Shown one piece after another: positions 1-9,149 of a stretch of DNA of 64,000 nt. Every line of letters starts with the position of its first letter. The first letter of the stretch is position 1. Both the position numbers and the translations under genes were made by a program. The notes below the pieces were generated by a model that saw nothing but the letters and a program-made list of their open reading frames with translations, was not told the origin of the DNA and did no database searches. Source of the DNA: a virus; the IMG/VR virus record IMGVR_UViG_3300042301_004349, positions 32,001 through 96,000 of that record; one strand, written 5' to 3'.

Positions 1-51
1 ATTTTGAACACCGGAATTCTTCTTTTCATATTTTCCCTTTTTTAACAGTGA

Positions 52-405
52 TTACTCAGCTGTAACCTCTTCTTCAGGTGCTGTAGGTGCTGCAGGTACT
101 TCTGCTGCTGGTTCTTCTACAGGTTGTTCTTCAGGCATGATTGCCTTCTTGATCATTAACCTAATGTCCTGGATAGGAATTAAGAAACCAATAACATTAT
201 CAAAAGGAACATCTGTATCCATATTTGCAGTCATATTGAATTGTTGCAAACCTTGGTTTAATTTTGATTGTAACTTTTGAGTCATAGCAGCTTTATCATC
301 ACCTACTAATGTTTGAGGCAATGCAAATTGTACCTTAATACCCTTTTTAGTTGGGTTATGGTTTACATCTACTTTAAGTTTTGGTTTTATGTTTAAATCT
401 GCCAT
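52..405 (-). CDS. hypothetical protein with Pro/Glu/Ala-rich C-terminal tail
   Basis: 117-aa ORF preceded by the ATATTTAT motif; no family recognised. Confidence 0.6.
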   Translation of the reverse strand: MADLNIKPKLKVDVNHNPTKKGIKVQFALPQTLVGDDKAAMTQKLQSKLNQGLQQFNMTANMDTDVPFDNVIGFLIPIQDIRLMIKKAIMPEEQPVEEPAAEVPAAPTAPEEEVTAE

Positions 406-432
406 TGTATTGTGTTTATATATAAATATTAA

Positions 433-975
433 TTATTCTATAATCTCATCAACTAGACCATATTTTTGTGCTGTTTTAACATCAAAATACCATTCAGCCT
501 GTCTATCTCTATGTGGTTGTAATATCTTCTGAGTGAGCTTTGTTTTTGATATTAGGTAAGCATCACATATTTTATCAATACGTTCTGTTTCTTTTAATTC
601 CTGTTTATGGAACGCTACTTTACCATTAATCTCATATGCTGCTTCGTGATACATGAATGTCGAATATTTACTCGCAATTCTGTGATGTCCCGCAGCATAT
701 ACTATTAGAGCCATTGACATTGCTGTACCATGGCATATAGTATGGATTGGAGTCTGCGAATTATCAATTACATCAATTAATGCTAACCCACTAAATACTT
801 CTCCACCAAACGAGTTGATAATGAGTTTAATTGGTTCTACTGTTTGTTTTTTAGCGTCTTCCTCGTTAATCTCATATATGTCTTGTATAATTTGATTAAC
901 TGTTTCACATTCAATGTCCCCCAATGTTATGATTCGACTTAACGGGTCTAATTTAGAACGACGCTCTCTTGACAT
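433..975 (-). CDS. clpP: ClpP-like serine protease (Clp protease proteolytic subunit)
   Basis: IKLIINSFGG, catalytic Ser in AMSMA, His in FMYHE, C-terminal AQKYGLVDEII. Confidence 0.9.
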   Translation of the reverse strand: MSRERRSKLDPLSRIITLGDIECETVNQIIQDIYEINEEDAKKQTVEPIKLIINSFGGEVFSGLALIDVIDNSQTPIHTICHGTAMSMALIVYAAGHHRIASKYSTFMYHEAAYEINGKVAFHKQELKETERIDKICDAYLISKTKLTQKILQPHRDRQAEWYFDVKTAQKYGLVDEIIE

Positions 976-1027
976 AATTTATAATTTTCTCTTATAAATA
1001 TAAGTCCAAACTATTGCTTAAACAAAT

Positions 1028-1636
1028 TTATTTTATATCACTATCCCCATGAGTCTGGAAGCATATAAGAGGATAATGTCCATAGTAGTTTATTAAATTT
1101 TTCTTTCCTAGGTTATGAAGATACCAATCTACATTACAACTAGTTGATTTTTTATTATCTACCAGCTCAATTAACTTAGCTGCTCCTGTTTTTGATATGA
1201 TATAGGCTTCAGTAGTAAATGCGTTTTTTCTAGCAAACTCCGGTTTGTAAATACCTAAACTATATGTCCCACCCTCATAAGTTCCTCCTATAAATAATAT
1301 ATCAAAATCTTCTGGGGTTGATTCTGTGATGGTTTTTAGAGTGTTTTCAAATTCAGATTTAAACTTAACATCGTCTTCTAATACAAGAGCAATTTCTTCT
1401 TCTGCTTCTATAATCATTTTCCAAGTATTATAGTGACTTGCAAAGCATCCCATAGCTCCATCAGAATCAATAAAATTTTCTTCTGTGATTAATTTATTAA
1501 TCCAAAATTGTTTATCTTCATTTGGTAATTTAGAATAATAAACTGCTCTAACTAGTTTAGGTTGAGGGATTGGATTTTTAGTTACTGTAGAAAGTCTATC
1601 TATTCTATGTGGGAGATTAATTATATATGTTTTCAT
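1028..1636 (-). CDS. glycosyltransferase family 25
   Basis: YIINLPHRIDR start, GCFASH, LVLEDD, TEAYIIS..GA.KL and VDW motifs typical of GT25. Confidence 0.88.
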   Translation of the reverse strand: MKTYIINLPHRIDRLSTVTKNPIPQPKLVRAVYYSKLPNEDKQFWINKLITEENFIDSDGAMGCFASHYNTWKMIIEAEEEIALVLEDDVKFKSEFENTLKTITESTPEDFDILFIGGTYEGGTYSLGIYKPEFARKNAFTTEAYIISKTGAAKLIELVDNKKSTSCNVDWYLHNLGKKNLINYYGHYPLICFQTHGDSDIK

Positions 1637-2193
1637 TATTTCTTTTTAAACAACATCAATGTGTTTTTAAACCACCATGCTTTGGCTGATTTTCTTAACC
1701 CTGTTGATACACCTTCATTATATTCAAATCCTAAAGATGTAATCTTATCAATAATATAATCATTTGGTTGTTCATTAACATGTCCGTCTCCTCTTTGATC
1801 AGGAATTGCCCAACTTAGTAAAACATAATTATGAGAATGTTTTAAAACATTATTAATGTAAATATCTTCAAATTCTTTAGGAATATGTTCTCCTACTTCT
1901 AAACTTAAGACAAAATCAAAGGTTTTACCTAAATCCATATTTTCACTTAAGTCAACTACCTTCCCCAACCCATTAGTAAGTTCTGGAGTATTTGGGTTGC
2001 CATCATACGCTTCACATTGAATATTTTCTTTGATAATCTCACCTACATAAAACGCAGGCCCACATCCTAAGTCTAATAAAGTTTTAATTTCATTAGTCTT
2101 TAAAAAATCAACCAGTACTGAGCAGAGAGGGATATCATTGTGGTGCCCCACTGTTGTATCATTCTCCCAAAATCCCCTTGTATTAATTTTCAT
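1636..2193 (-). CDS. class I SAM-dependent methyltransferase
   Basis: LLDLGCG motif I, FDFVLSLEVGEH, GDGHVNEQ; start placed at MKINT (2193). Confidence 0.8.
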   Translation of the reverse strand: MKINTRGFWENDTTVGHHNDIPLCSVLVDFLKTNEIKTLLDLGCGPAFYVGEIIKENIQCEAYDGNPNTPELTNGLGKVVDLSENMDLGKTFDFVLSLEVGEHIPKEFEDIYINNVLKHSHNYVLLSWAIPDQRGDGHVNEQPNDYIIDKITSLGFEYNEGVSTGLRKSAKAWWFKNTLMLFKKK

Positions 2194-2644
2194 TCTTAAA
2201 ATATTCAATGTAATTTAAAGCTTCCATATATGTGCTTCCAAAATGTTGGATCGTAGTCATATCTGCTTTATGTGTAGCACCTTCAGGAAATTTAGATTTT
2301 TCTTCTTCAGTAATAGGAGTAGCCTTAACCCCAGCCCACTGCCAAGTATTATCTACTAAATCAACAAATACCATTCCTTTAGTTGGATGGTTTATTGTTG
2401 AAGGATACCAATAATATCCGTTTTCATCTAGTTTTTTAATAGCTCTATATAACTCAGGTAATACGGCTTCTGTTTGTTCTAAGTCAACTTTTTCAATATG
2501 TTGGTCTGAATTTGAAGCAAATCCACATCCAAAGCAATGCCATAGTTTCTTTTGGTCATGTTCTACCTCATAGCAAAAATTTGATTCGCATATAGGACAT
2601 GTTATTAATTTATCCATCTGATTTTTATTTTGTTGTTGTGACAT
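2183..2644 (-). CDS. hypothetical zinc-ribbon protein
   Basis: CPIC...CFGC cysteine pairs. Confidence 0.55.
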   Translation of the reverse strand: MSQQQNKNQMDKLITCPICESNFCYEVEHDQKKLWHCFGCGFASNSDQHIEKVDLEQTEAVLPELYRAIKKLDENGYYWYPSTINHPTKGMVFVDLVDNTWQWAGVKATPITEEEKSKFPEGATHKADMTTIQHFGSTYMEALNYIEYFKNEN

Positions 2645-2822
2645 TTAAACCTAATTTATCTAATTCAATTATATAAGTGTTAGGTTCATCATTTATTTTA
2701 GATAGTTCTTCTTTTAATAGATCCCATTGCTTAGGAGTTGGTTGATATTCATGACAAGCCTCAACAAATCCTTTCAACCAGATTATAAATTCTTTACTTG
2801 TCATCTTCTTTAATTTTAACAT
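2625..2822 (-). CDS. hypothetical protein
   Basis: short ORF overlapping both neighbours; probable start MTSKEF. Confidence 0.5.
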   Translation of the reverse strand: MLKLKKMTSKEFIIWLKGFVEACHEYQPTPKQWDLLKEELSKINDEPNTYIIELDKLGLNVTTTK

Positions 2823-4047
2823 TATTATCTAATATCTCAATTAGCTTCTCTCCCATTTTTTCTAAGCTAAATTCATTACGACAAATATACGACTGTCTTT
2901 TTGCTTTTTCAACATATTCTTTATAATCAGTATAAACTGTTTTTAAAGCTAAAGTAGCTTCATCATAATTAGGAGTAAACCATTTTGACTCAGCTATCAA
3001 CATGTTTTCAACCACTGCACTCTTATCTATTGGTTTTAATTCACCTCCAACAAACATACTGAATTCTTTGTTTAGGAAATCTGTATGTCCACTCCACCCA
3101 CTTACAATAATTGGTTTTTGTGACTGAGTGAATTCAATTAGGGGTCTACCATAGCCTTCTCCTTTAGTTAAACTAAACATAGCTTTTACTTTTGGATGAT
3201 TATATAAACTATTCATTTCATCATCAGTTAATTCACCATGTAGTAAATAAATGTTTGGTAAATCACCTCCAACTTTTGATTTAATTTCTTCAATTTTAGC
3301 AATCATAGCATCTCTATCCATAATTGAATAAGTACCTCCATTTACTTTTAAAATCAATCCTGGTTTTACTTTTCTATCTTTAAATGCTTGGAGGAATGTT
3401 GCAATCGTGCCTCCCATATTTTTTCTATCTTCACCAAAATCACCTTGTAACCAATGGCCTACAACTAAGAAATTAAAATGTTCAGGTATGCCTTCTAAGA
3501 CATAATCTATATCTTTATTTATTTCTGTTGTTTTATTATAAATTTTAGTATCAACCCCTTCAAATAACACTTCCATAGGAACTGTAGTTTGAATAATTCC
3601 TACAACTTCTTCAGGATTATCTTTTTTACGTTGCTCATACTTAGAATTTAAAAATACATTTTTAGCATGTTTGCAGGATGTTAATACTAAATCCATTCTA
3701 TTACAACCTTCAATCCATGTTGTTGAACATAAATCTGTTTCAATACCAGCTGTAATTCCAATATTATATTTACCTACCTTTTGAAATTCATTAGGTACAG
3801 TAATCTGAATCCAAATGTCTGGAGTTTGATCTAGTCTAGTATTACTTGGTTGAATACAATCAATAATCTTTTTATGATCAGGATTACTTGGTTGAAGGAA
3901 ATTTTGTGGTGTACCACCCCATTTTTGTGATAGGATTTTTACTTCATATTTGTCTGAATCAATGAGTGCTTTTACTACATCTCTTGATCTTGCTCCGTAT
4001 CCACTAAATGTATTTACTGGAGCACTTATTGCTATAACTGGTTTCAT
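2794..4047 (-). CDS. glycosyltransferase, GT-B fold (GT4-like)
   Basis: SGYG N-terminal motif, RKN, GEGYGRPLIE (E-x7-E) motif. Confidence 0.85.
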   Translation of the reverse strand: MKPVIAISAPVNTFSGYGARSRDVVKALIDSDKYEVKILSQKWGGTPQNFLQPSNPDHKKIIDCIQPSNTRLDQTPDIWIQITVPNEFQKVGKYNIGITAGIETDLCSTTWIEGCNRMDLVLTSCKHAKNVFLNSKYEQRKKDNPEEVVGIIQTTVPMEVLFEGVDTKIYNKTTEINKDIDYVLEGIPEHFNFLVVGHWLQGDFGEDRKNMGGTIATFLQAFKDRKVKPGLILKVNGGTYSIMDRDAMIAKIEEIKSKVGGDLPNIYLLHGELTDDEMNSLYNHPKVKAMFSLTKGEGYGRPLIEFTQSQKPIIVSGWSGHTDFLNKEFSMFVGGELKPIDKSAVVENMLIAESKWFTPNYDEATLALKTVYTDYKEYVEKAKRQSYICRNEFSLEKMGEKLIEILDNNVKIKEDDK

Positions 4048-4049
4048 AA

Positions 4050-5504
4050 CTATTTTGCTATTAAATAAGGATTATAATTTAAAGGTTGTTCAGGAGTTTT
4101 AACATGTATTAGTTCATATGAATATCTTGGTTGAAATTTTTCAAGAGTTTCTTCAATACCACTAATAACATTTTTAGACATCCATCTAGCAGACATCATT
4201 GATTCATCTGATGTTACCCATTCACGAGCAGCTTTACCTCTTTCTTCAAAATTTTGAGGTGTGATTGTTTTAAGACCATATAATACTGATATTTGTTCAG
4301 CAATGTCTTCTGGTGTTATCCTATCATCAAATATATAAGGTGTTGGTTGTGAGCCTACTAAACTTAGATTATTTGGGAATATCGGGAAAGCCCATTTGCC
4401 ACAGTTTTTATATTTACCTCTATGATTTGATCCAAATTCAGGAGTGAATTTAATCCATTTACCATTTTCATCTTCAAAACGCATTTGGTCTTGCATACCT
4501 CCAGTTACGGTTGCTATAATAGGTTTACCTACCATCATTGCCTCAGTTAAAGACAATCCCCATCCTTCATTACTACTAGGTAATATAGTGGCATCACAAG
4601 AATTATAAAGTAAATTCATTACCTGCACTGGTTGTTTACCTTGGGATATGATAATACTTTTATCGTTTCTTCCAAAAAGCATTTCTTTAACTGCAATCAA
4701 ATCACTACCATGTTCATCTTTAGGTTGTGTGTGCATTACTAAGCAAACCTTGTCTGCTTGTTTTGGTGATAATGTATCTAAGAATAATTTCCAACCTAAC
4801 ATCAAATCAGGAACTGATTTGCGTCTTATGTTTCTAGCATTATATAATAAACTAAAATCATATTCTTTTTCACTGAATAATTGTTTTTTGTACTCTTGTA
4901 AAGCTAAATATTCAGGTTTAGTTTCATCAATTGGATAGAAATGATCTTCATTTATACCATGAGGCACATATTTAATCACTTTCTCTTCAGCTACATCTCC
5001 CAATACTACTCTATTAATGTTTTCTGTTTGTTTGCTGATTGCAAATAAAGTATCACATGATTCATAGTATGATTTGTTATACATTGGGTATGGAATACTA
5101 TCCCAAATATTTAAATAAATAAGTGGAACTTGTTTTCTTAACTCATGTTCAAACTGAAATAACCAAATCCAGTATCTAGGATCTGTGAAAATCATTATTG
5201 CATCTGGTTTTTCTAAATGCATTATTTGTTTAACATATTCTATAGTACCATATCCTTTAACGGGATAAATAAATACACTAGCATCTTCAATCTTAGCATA
5301 TTCATTAGTACTAGCACATATGTCCATCTTTTTACCTTCTTCAGGGTGGTTTACACCACCTCCTAAGTTGACCCAATTAAAGTGATGAGCGGTACCCACT
5401 ACTATTTCTCTAGCCATAGTGGATATACCGCTCGTCATTCTAATATCATCACAAAGTAATAAGATTTTTTTTCTTTGTTCTTGTGGGATATAACCTTCTT
5501 TCAT
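4050..5504 (-). CDS. glycosyltransferase, GT-B fold (GT4-like)
   Basis: VPHGI, NARNIRRK, NEGWGLSLTEAMMVGKPIIAT..GG motif. Confidence 0.88.
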   Translation of the reverse strand: MKEGYIPQEQRKKILLLCDDIRMTSGISTMAREIVVGTAHHFNWVNLGGGVNHPEEGKKMDICASTNEYAKIEDASVFIYPVKGYGTIEYVKQIMHLEKPDAIMIFTDPRYWIWLFQFEHELRKQVPLIYLNIWDSIPYPMYNKSYYESCDTLFAISKQTENINRVVLGDVAEEKVIKYVPHGINEDHFYPIDETKPEYLALQEYKKQLFSEKEYDFSLLYNARNIRRKSVPDLMLGWKLFLDTLSPKQADKVCLVMHTQPKDEHGSDLIAVKEMLFGRNDKSIIISQGKQPVQVMNLLYNSCDATILPSSNEGWGLSLTEAMMVGKPIIATVTGGMQDQMRFEDENGKWIKFTPEFGSNHRGKYKNCGKWAFPIFPNNLSLVGSQPTPYIFDDRITPEDIAEQISVLYGLKTITPQNFEERGKAAREWVTSDESMMSARWMSKNVISGIEETLEKFQPRYSYELIHVKTPEQPLNYNPYLIAK

Positions 5505-5511
5505 AACGTAG

Positions 5512-5706
5512 TTAGTCTTCTTTTTTTAATTGAGTGTTTAGTTGGTTGTGTACCATTTTGCGAAATTCTTCATCAGTTAAATATAAATACATTGCACGCT
5601 CTGTTAATTTCTGGATGCTGAATTTATGTTTAACACAGGCTATTTTGAATTCTTCAAATAACGATTCAGGCACCTTTACACTGGTTAATTGCATTTTTTC
5701 TGCCAT
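5512..5706 (-). CDS. small ribbon-helix-helix-like DNA-binding protein
   Basis: LTSVKV strand followed by two helices; upstream ATATTTAT motif. Confidence 0.55.
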   Translation of the reverse strand: MAEKMQLTSVKVPESLFEEFKIACVKHKFSIQKLTERAMYLYLTDEEFRKMVHNQLNTQLKKED

Positions 5707-5748
5707 AGTTTGTAGTTTTTATATATTCGGATATAAATATATAAACTT

Positions 5749-6690
5749 TTAGGAAACTACGATTTTGTCGCAAAGCTCTGGTTTATCCATATAAGGACAC
5801 CATTTACATGAGCTTTCACCAACATTCTTAATATATGATTTTATTTGTGGTTTTCCAACACTATCAAAACAATCTTTAAGAAAATTATTAAAATTATCTA
5901 TTGCTTGCTTTCGTTTGATTTTCCCACTTGCTGGTTTAAATGATTGAACCCTTGGGGTTGGGTATTCTGATTGTTCCCATATTTTACGTTTAACGATAAA
6001 ATATTCTACTTCAATCTTTTCAATATCAACCCCAAATTGTTTTGAAAAGTACTCCTTGTATAATAATACTTGAGCAATTTTACTATCATCTTTTTTTTCT
6101 CTATCACCCCACCCTCTTGTTGATGTTTTGATGTCATATATATAAATTTTATCTAAATCTTCATCATATAATACAAAATCGATAAATCCTTTTAAAAACA
6201 CATTATTAGCAACATTCGTTAATATTGGTATTTCAATACCTAATAATTTTACTCGACGGATGGTAAATAATACGTTTCTATTTTTCTTAATCCATTTCAT
6301 TATAGCAACAGCATCCTCATAAAACTCTCCCATTTCTTGAGGAGTGGTAAAATGAGCTCCCATTTTTTTATATTCTTTAGAATATACTTCTGAGAATTTA
6401 GCTTGAAATAGTTCTTCTAGATCCATTCTATCAGCTGCTGCTCCACTCACATTATACATCGTTTCAAGATACGATTGTATAGTTTCGTGAAATGCGGTTC
6501 CAAACACAGTATGTATACTAGCTTGGTATGGTTGTTTATTTTCTACATAAGTTAAATACCACTTATGAGGACATGAAGCCCACATAGTATATTGAGAATA
6601 AGATACAGTTTTGTGAAATGCAAGATTAACCTCAGGTTGTTGGTGGTTTTTTATCTTAAGTTCAACTTCAGATAGTTTCTTTTTTGCCAC
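5749..6690 (-). CDS. PD-(D/E)XK exonuclease, Cas4/AddB-like with Fe-S cysteines
   Basis: SYSQ...CP, FGTAFHE, GFID, DIKT, Q..LY, C-terminal CKWCPY...C. Confidence 0.85.
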   Translation of the reverse strand: MAKKKLSEVELKIKNHQQPEVNLAFHKTVSYSQYTMWASCPHKWYLTYVENKQPYQASIHTVFGTAFHETIQSYLETMYNVSGAAADRMDLEELFQAKFSEVYSKEYKKMGAHFTTPQEMGEFYEDAVAIMKWIKKNRNVLFTIRRVKLLGIEIPILTNVANNVFLKGFIDFVLYDEDLDKIYIYDIKTSTRGWGDREKKDDSKIAQVLLYKEYFSKQFGVDIEKIEVEYFIVKRKIWEQSEYPTPRVQSFKPASGKIKRKQAIDNFNNFLKDCFDSVGKPQIKSYIKNVGESSCKWCPYMDKPELCDKIVVS

Positions 6691-6943
6691 TAATTTCCTG
6701 TTTAATTTTTTCTAAATATAAAATTGCATCCATATGCTCTTGTTTGGCATGTTCAATCCATTCAAGAATCGATAGATCGGTACGATCAAGATCAACACCA
6801 TATTTTTTCTTACCCATAAGGGCTCTTGATGTAAATTGATCAATAATTGAGCTTACAACTGAATCTAATTCATGTAATACACCATTATCGTCTTCAACAC
6901 AGTAATTTCCTTCAAAGGGGTGGCGTTGTTCTTTATTTTCCAT
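6668..6943 (-). CDS. putative all-alpha NTP pyrophosphohydrolase (MazG-like)
   Basis: R...GKKKYG...EWIEHAKQEHMDAILY, resembling the acidic helix of the MazG-like superfamily. Confidence 0.45.
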   Translation of the reverse strand: MENKEQRHPFEGNYCVEDDNGVLHELDSVVSSIIDQFTSRALMGKKKYGVDLDRTDLSILEWIEHAKQEHMDAILYLEKIKQEISGKKETI

Positions 6944-7307
6944 TGATTTGTGATATTATATTGTTTAATTCGTCTTTAGGAAGCATTGAAATATATTCTT
7001 TTGCTTCCTTCTTACTTACTTCAAAATACAATGATACTGCCTCTATTTCGCCAGCATCAAATTCAGCTTTATTTTTAGCTTTGATATATTTAAGATACTT
7101 GTATTGTTTTGGGATAATATCTCTATACAAATTATACAGATACTCCCCTTTCATTTGCCAAGTATTCTTTTGAACCACATTAACAACCTCACAATAATCA
7201 GGATCCATACTGAGAAAACGATTAATCATCCAGTTGTTCCATCCTTCATCACCTAAGTATGCTCCTTTATTAGTTGTGATATTCTTAATGTGGTCAAATA
7301 TATTCAT
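6933..7307 (-). CDS. clamp loader small subunit (T4 gp62-like)
   Basis: NNWMINRFLSM...YFEVSKKEAKEYI pattern; near the clamp loader large subunit. Confidence 0.7.
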   Translation of the reverse strand: MNIFDHIKNITTNKGAYLGDEGWNNWMINRFLSMDPDYCEVVNVVQKNTWQMKGEYLYNLYRDIIPKQYKYLKYIKAKNKAEFDAGEIEAVSLYFEVSKKEAKEYISMLPKDELNNIISQINGK

Positions 7308-7576
7308 TAGTATTGTCTTGTATTTTGTAACACGTCATTTTTTAATTTATCAATACGACTTGTAAAGTGGCTGTATTGAGATTTGATTTGCTTATCTAGA
7401 TTATCATTGATTGCTCTTTGGAGATTTTCCGCTCGTTCAGTTTGAGAATGATTATCATAGATTTGTTGACCTAATTCATTTATTTGGTCTTGGAGTTTAT
7501 CCATTCTTTTGGCGCTATAATATGCTGTAACGGCATTGGCTACTGCTATTATAAGTAATGCTATTGATGTTATCAT
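7307..7576 (-). CDS. hypothetical membrane-anchored coiled-coil protein
   Basis: N-terminal hydrophobic helix followed by heptad-like sequence. Confidence 0.55.
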   Translation of the reverse strand: MITSIALLIIAVANAVTAYYSAKRMDKLQDQINELGQQIYDNHSQTERAENLQRAINDNLDKQIKSQYSHFTSRIDKLKNDVLQNTRQY

Positions 7577-7579
7577 AAT

Positions 7580-7858
7580 TTAAAATTTAATAATTCGTCC
7601 ACCTTCTTCTTCAGGTTCAGTGGGTTGTGATTGTGTTTGTTGTCTCATTTGTATTGGTAGAAATTCTGCATTTACATTACCACAAGCCATACAAGCAAAC
7701 ACTTGAATAGGAATCAAAGCATCTTGTGCTGTTCCTGTTAATAATCGAGATGCTTTTCTAAGCAATACTCCTTCTTGGAAGACTTGACTACCACACTTAT
7801 CACAAGATACAGGTGATGTTTTGTCTAAACCAATGTTTAGGTTCATTTGTTGATCCAT
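7580..7858 (-). CDS. hypothetical zinc-ribbon protein
   Basis: CDKC...CMAC; start probably MDQQM (7858). Confidence 0.55.
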   Translation of the reverse strand: MDQQMNLNIGLDKTSPVSCDKCGSQVFQEGVLLRKASRLLTGTAQDALIPIQVFACMACGNVNAEFLPIQMRQQTQSQPTEPEEEGGRIIKF

Positions 7859-8778
7859 TATAATACTTGTTTTTGATTTGTTTCTAATACTTTGGCTATA
7901 CAAGCAGCAAAGTTAATTTCTTTATCAGGTACAACACCTGCTCTCCAAATAAAATCATCCAATATAACTGATAATTGAGCATCATTACCATAACTAAATT
8001 CAGTTAGATGGTCAAACATATAGCGATAAGCCGTTTGAAAGTCGTCTATTTGAGCATCAGCTACAAGTTGGCGTACTTGATACCAAGCGTTTTTCTCGCG
8101 TTTAGATAGTATTTGAACCAATTGTTTAGTCCAATTATCATCTAAAGCAGTAATAACTAATTTACTTTCCTTAACGTTAGATTGTAATACTTTAATTACA
8201 GAACGAATATCAGGATAAAATTCATTAATAACTCTAGCCACATCAGCCATTTCATATGTAACACCTTCAACATCTAAAATGTTGATGCATATGTGTTTTG
8301 CAACAGCACCTTTAGTTGGTGGTTTTAACATATGTAATTCACAACGTGATTGTAATGGCTCAATTAAACGCTCAACATAATTACAAGTCAATATAAAGCG
8401 AGTATATGCTGAATATTCCTCAATTAGATTACGTAGTGCTGCTTGAGCTGGTTGTGTTAAGAAATCAGCCTCATCTAGGATTACTACTTTAATAGGCTGG
8501 AATGATGCTGTTGAGGCAAATCCCTTTACTTTATCTCTAATAGTATCAATCCCATTCTCATCGCTAGCATTGAGGTAAAGATAGTCGCATTGAATATTTC
8601 CTACAATTAGTTTAGCTAATGTAGTTTTACCTGTACCTGCGCTGCCAGCAAATATGAAATGGGGGATATCGTTTTTAGCAATACAATCGGCAATACGGTC
8701 TTTAACAGCATCGTTACCAATGTATTGTTCTAATGTTTGGGATCTATATTTCTCAATCCAGAGTGTGTGTTGTCTCAT
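7858..8778 (-). CDS. clamp loader large subunit (RFC / T4 gp44-like AAA+ ATPase)
   Basis: WIEKYR, Walker A GSAGTGKT, LNASDE, Walker B ILDEAD, SRC motif. Confidence 0.95.
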   Translation of the reverse strand: MRQHTLWIEKYRSQTLEQYIGNDAVKDRIADCIAKNDIPHFIFAGSAGTGKTTLAKLIVGNIQCDYLYLNASDENGIDTIRDKVKGFASTASFQPIKVVILDEADFLTQPAQAALRNLIEEYSAYTRFILTCNYVERLIEPLQSRCELHMLKPPTKGAVAKHICINILDVEGVTYEMADVARVINEFYPDIRSVIKVLQSNVKESKLVITALDDNWTKQLVQILSKREKNAWYQVRQLVADAQIDDFQTAYRYMFDHLTEFSYGNDAQLSVILDDFIWRAGVVPDKEINFAACIAKVLETNQKQVL

Positions 8779-9140
8779 AACTTATTTTGATGTTTAATAA
8801 CATTATTAATATACGCTTCTATATTTGCCTTACCAACTGGGTTTGCAGAGTGGCAATTCCATGTGGGGAACGGTATATTATGGTCAAGGCAATATTCACC
8901 TAGCCATTTAGCAGCATCATAACCACTTAATGTTTCTTTCTTCTGCTCTCTAGCTTTGCGTTTAGACATTCCTGCCTCTACTTTAGCTTTAGCTACATCT
9001 TCTCCCAAATCATGGTCGAATGATACTTCATCAGGAATCCCATTTAATCTAACCCACGCTACAAAATCTTTGTAGTTACGAACAATAACCCACCCCTCTG
9101 TTTGAGGGGTGCGGATATCGTCCAAGTATAATTTCTTCAT
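8775..9140 (-). CDS. cyclic-phosphate-processing receiver-like domain protein
   Basis: LYLDD.R.P, SFDHDLG, GYD..KWL, HSANPVG motifs. Confidence 0.7.
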   Translation of the reverse strand: MKKLYLDDIRTPQTEGWVIVRNYKDFVAWVRLNGIPDEVSFDHDLGEDVAKAKVEAGMSKRKAREQKKETLSGYDAAKWLGEYCLDHNIPFPTWNCHSANPVGKANIEAYINNVIKHQNKL

Positions 9141-9149
9141 GGGGTAAAA

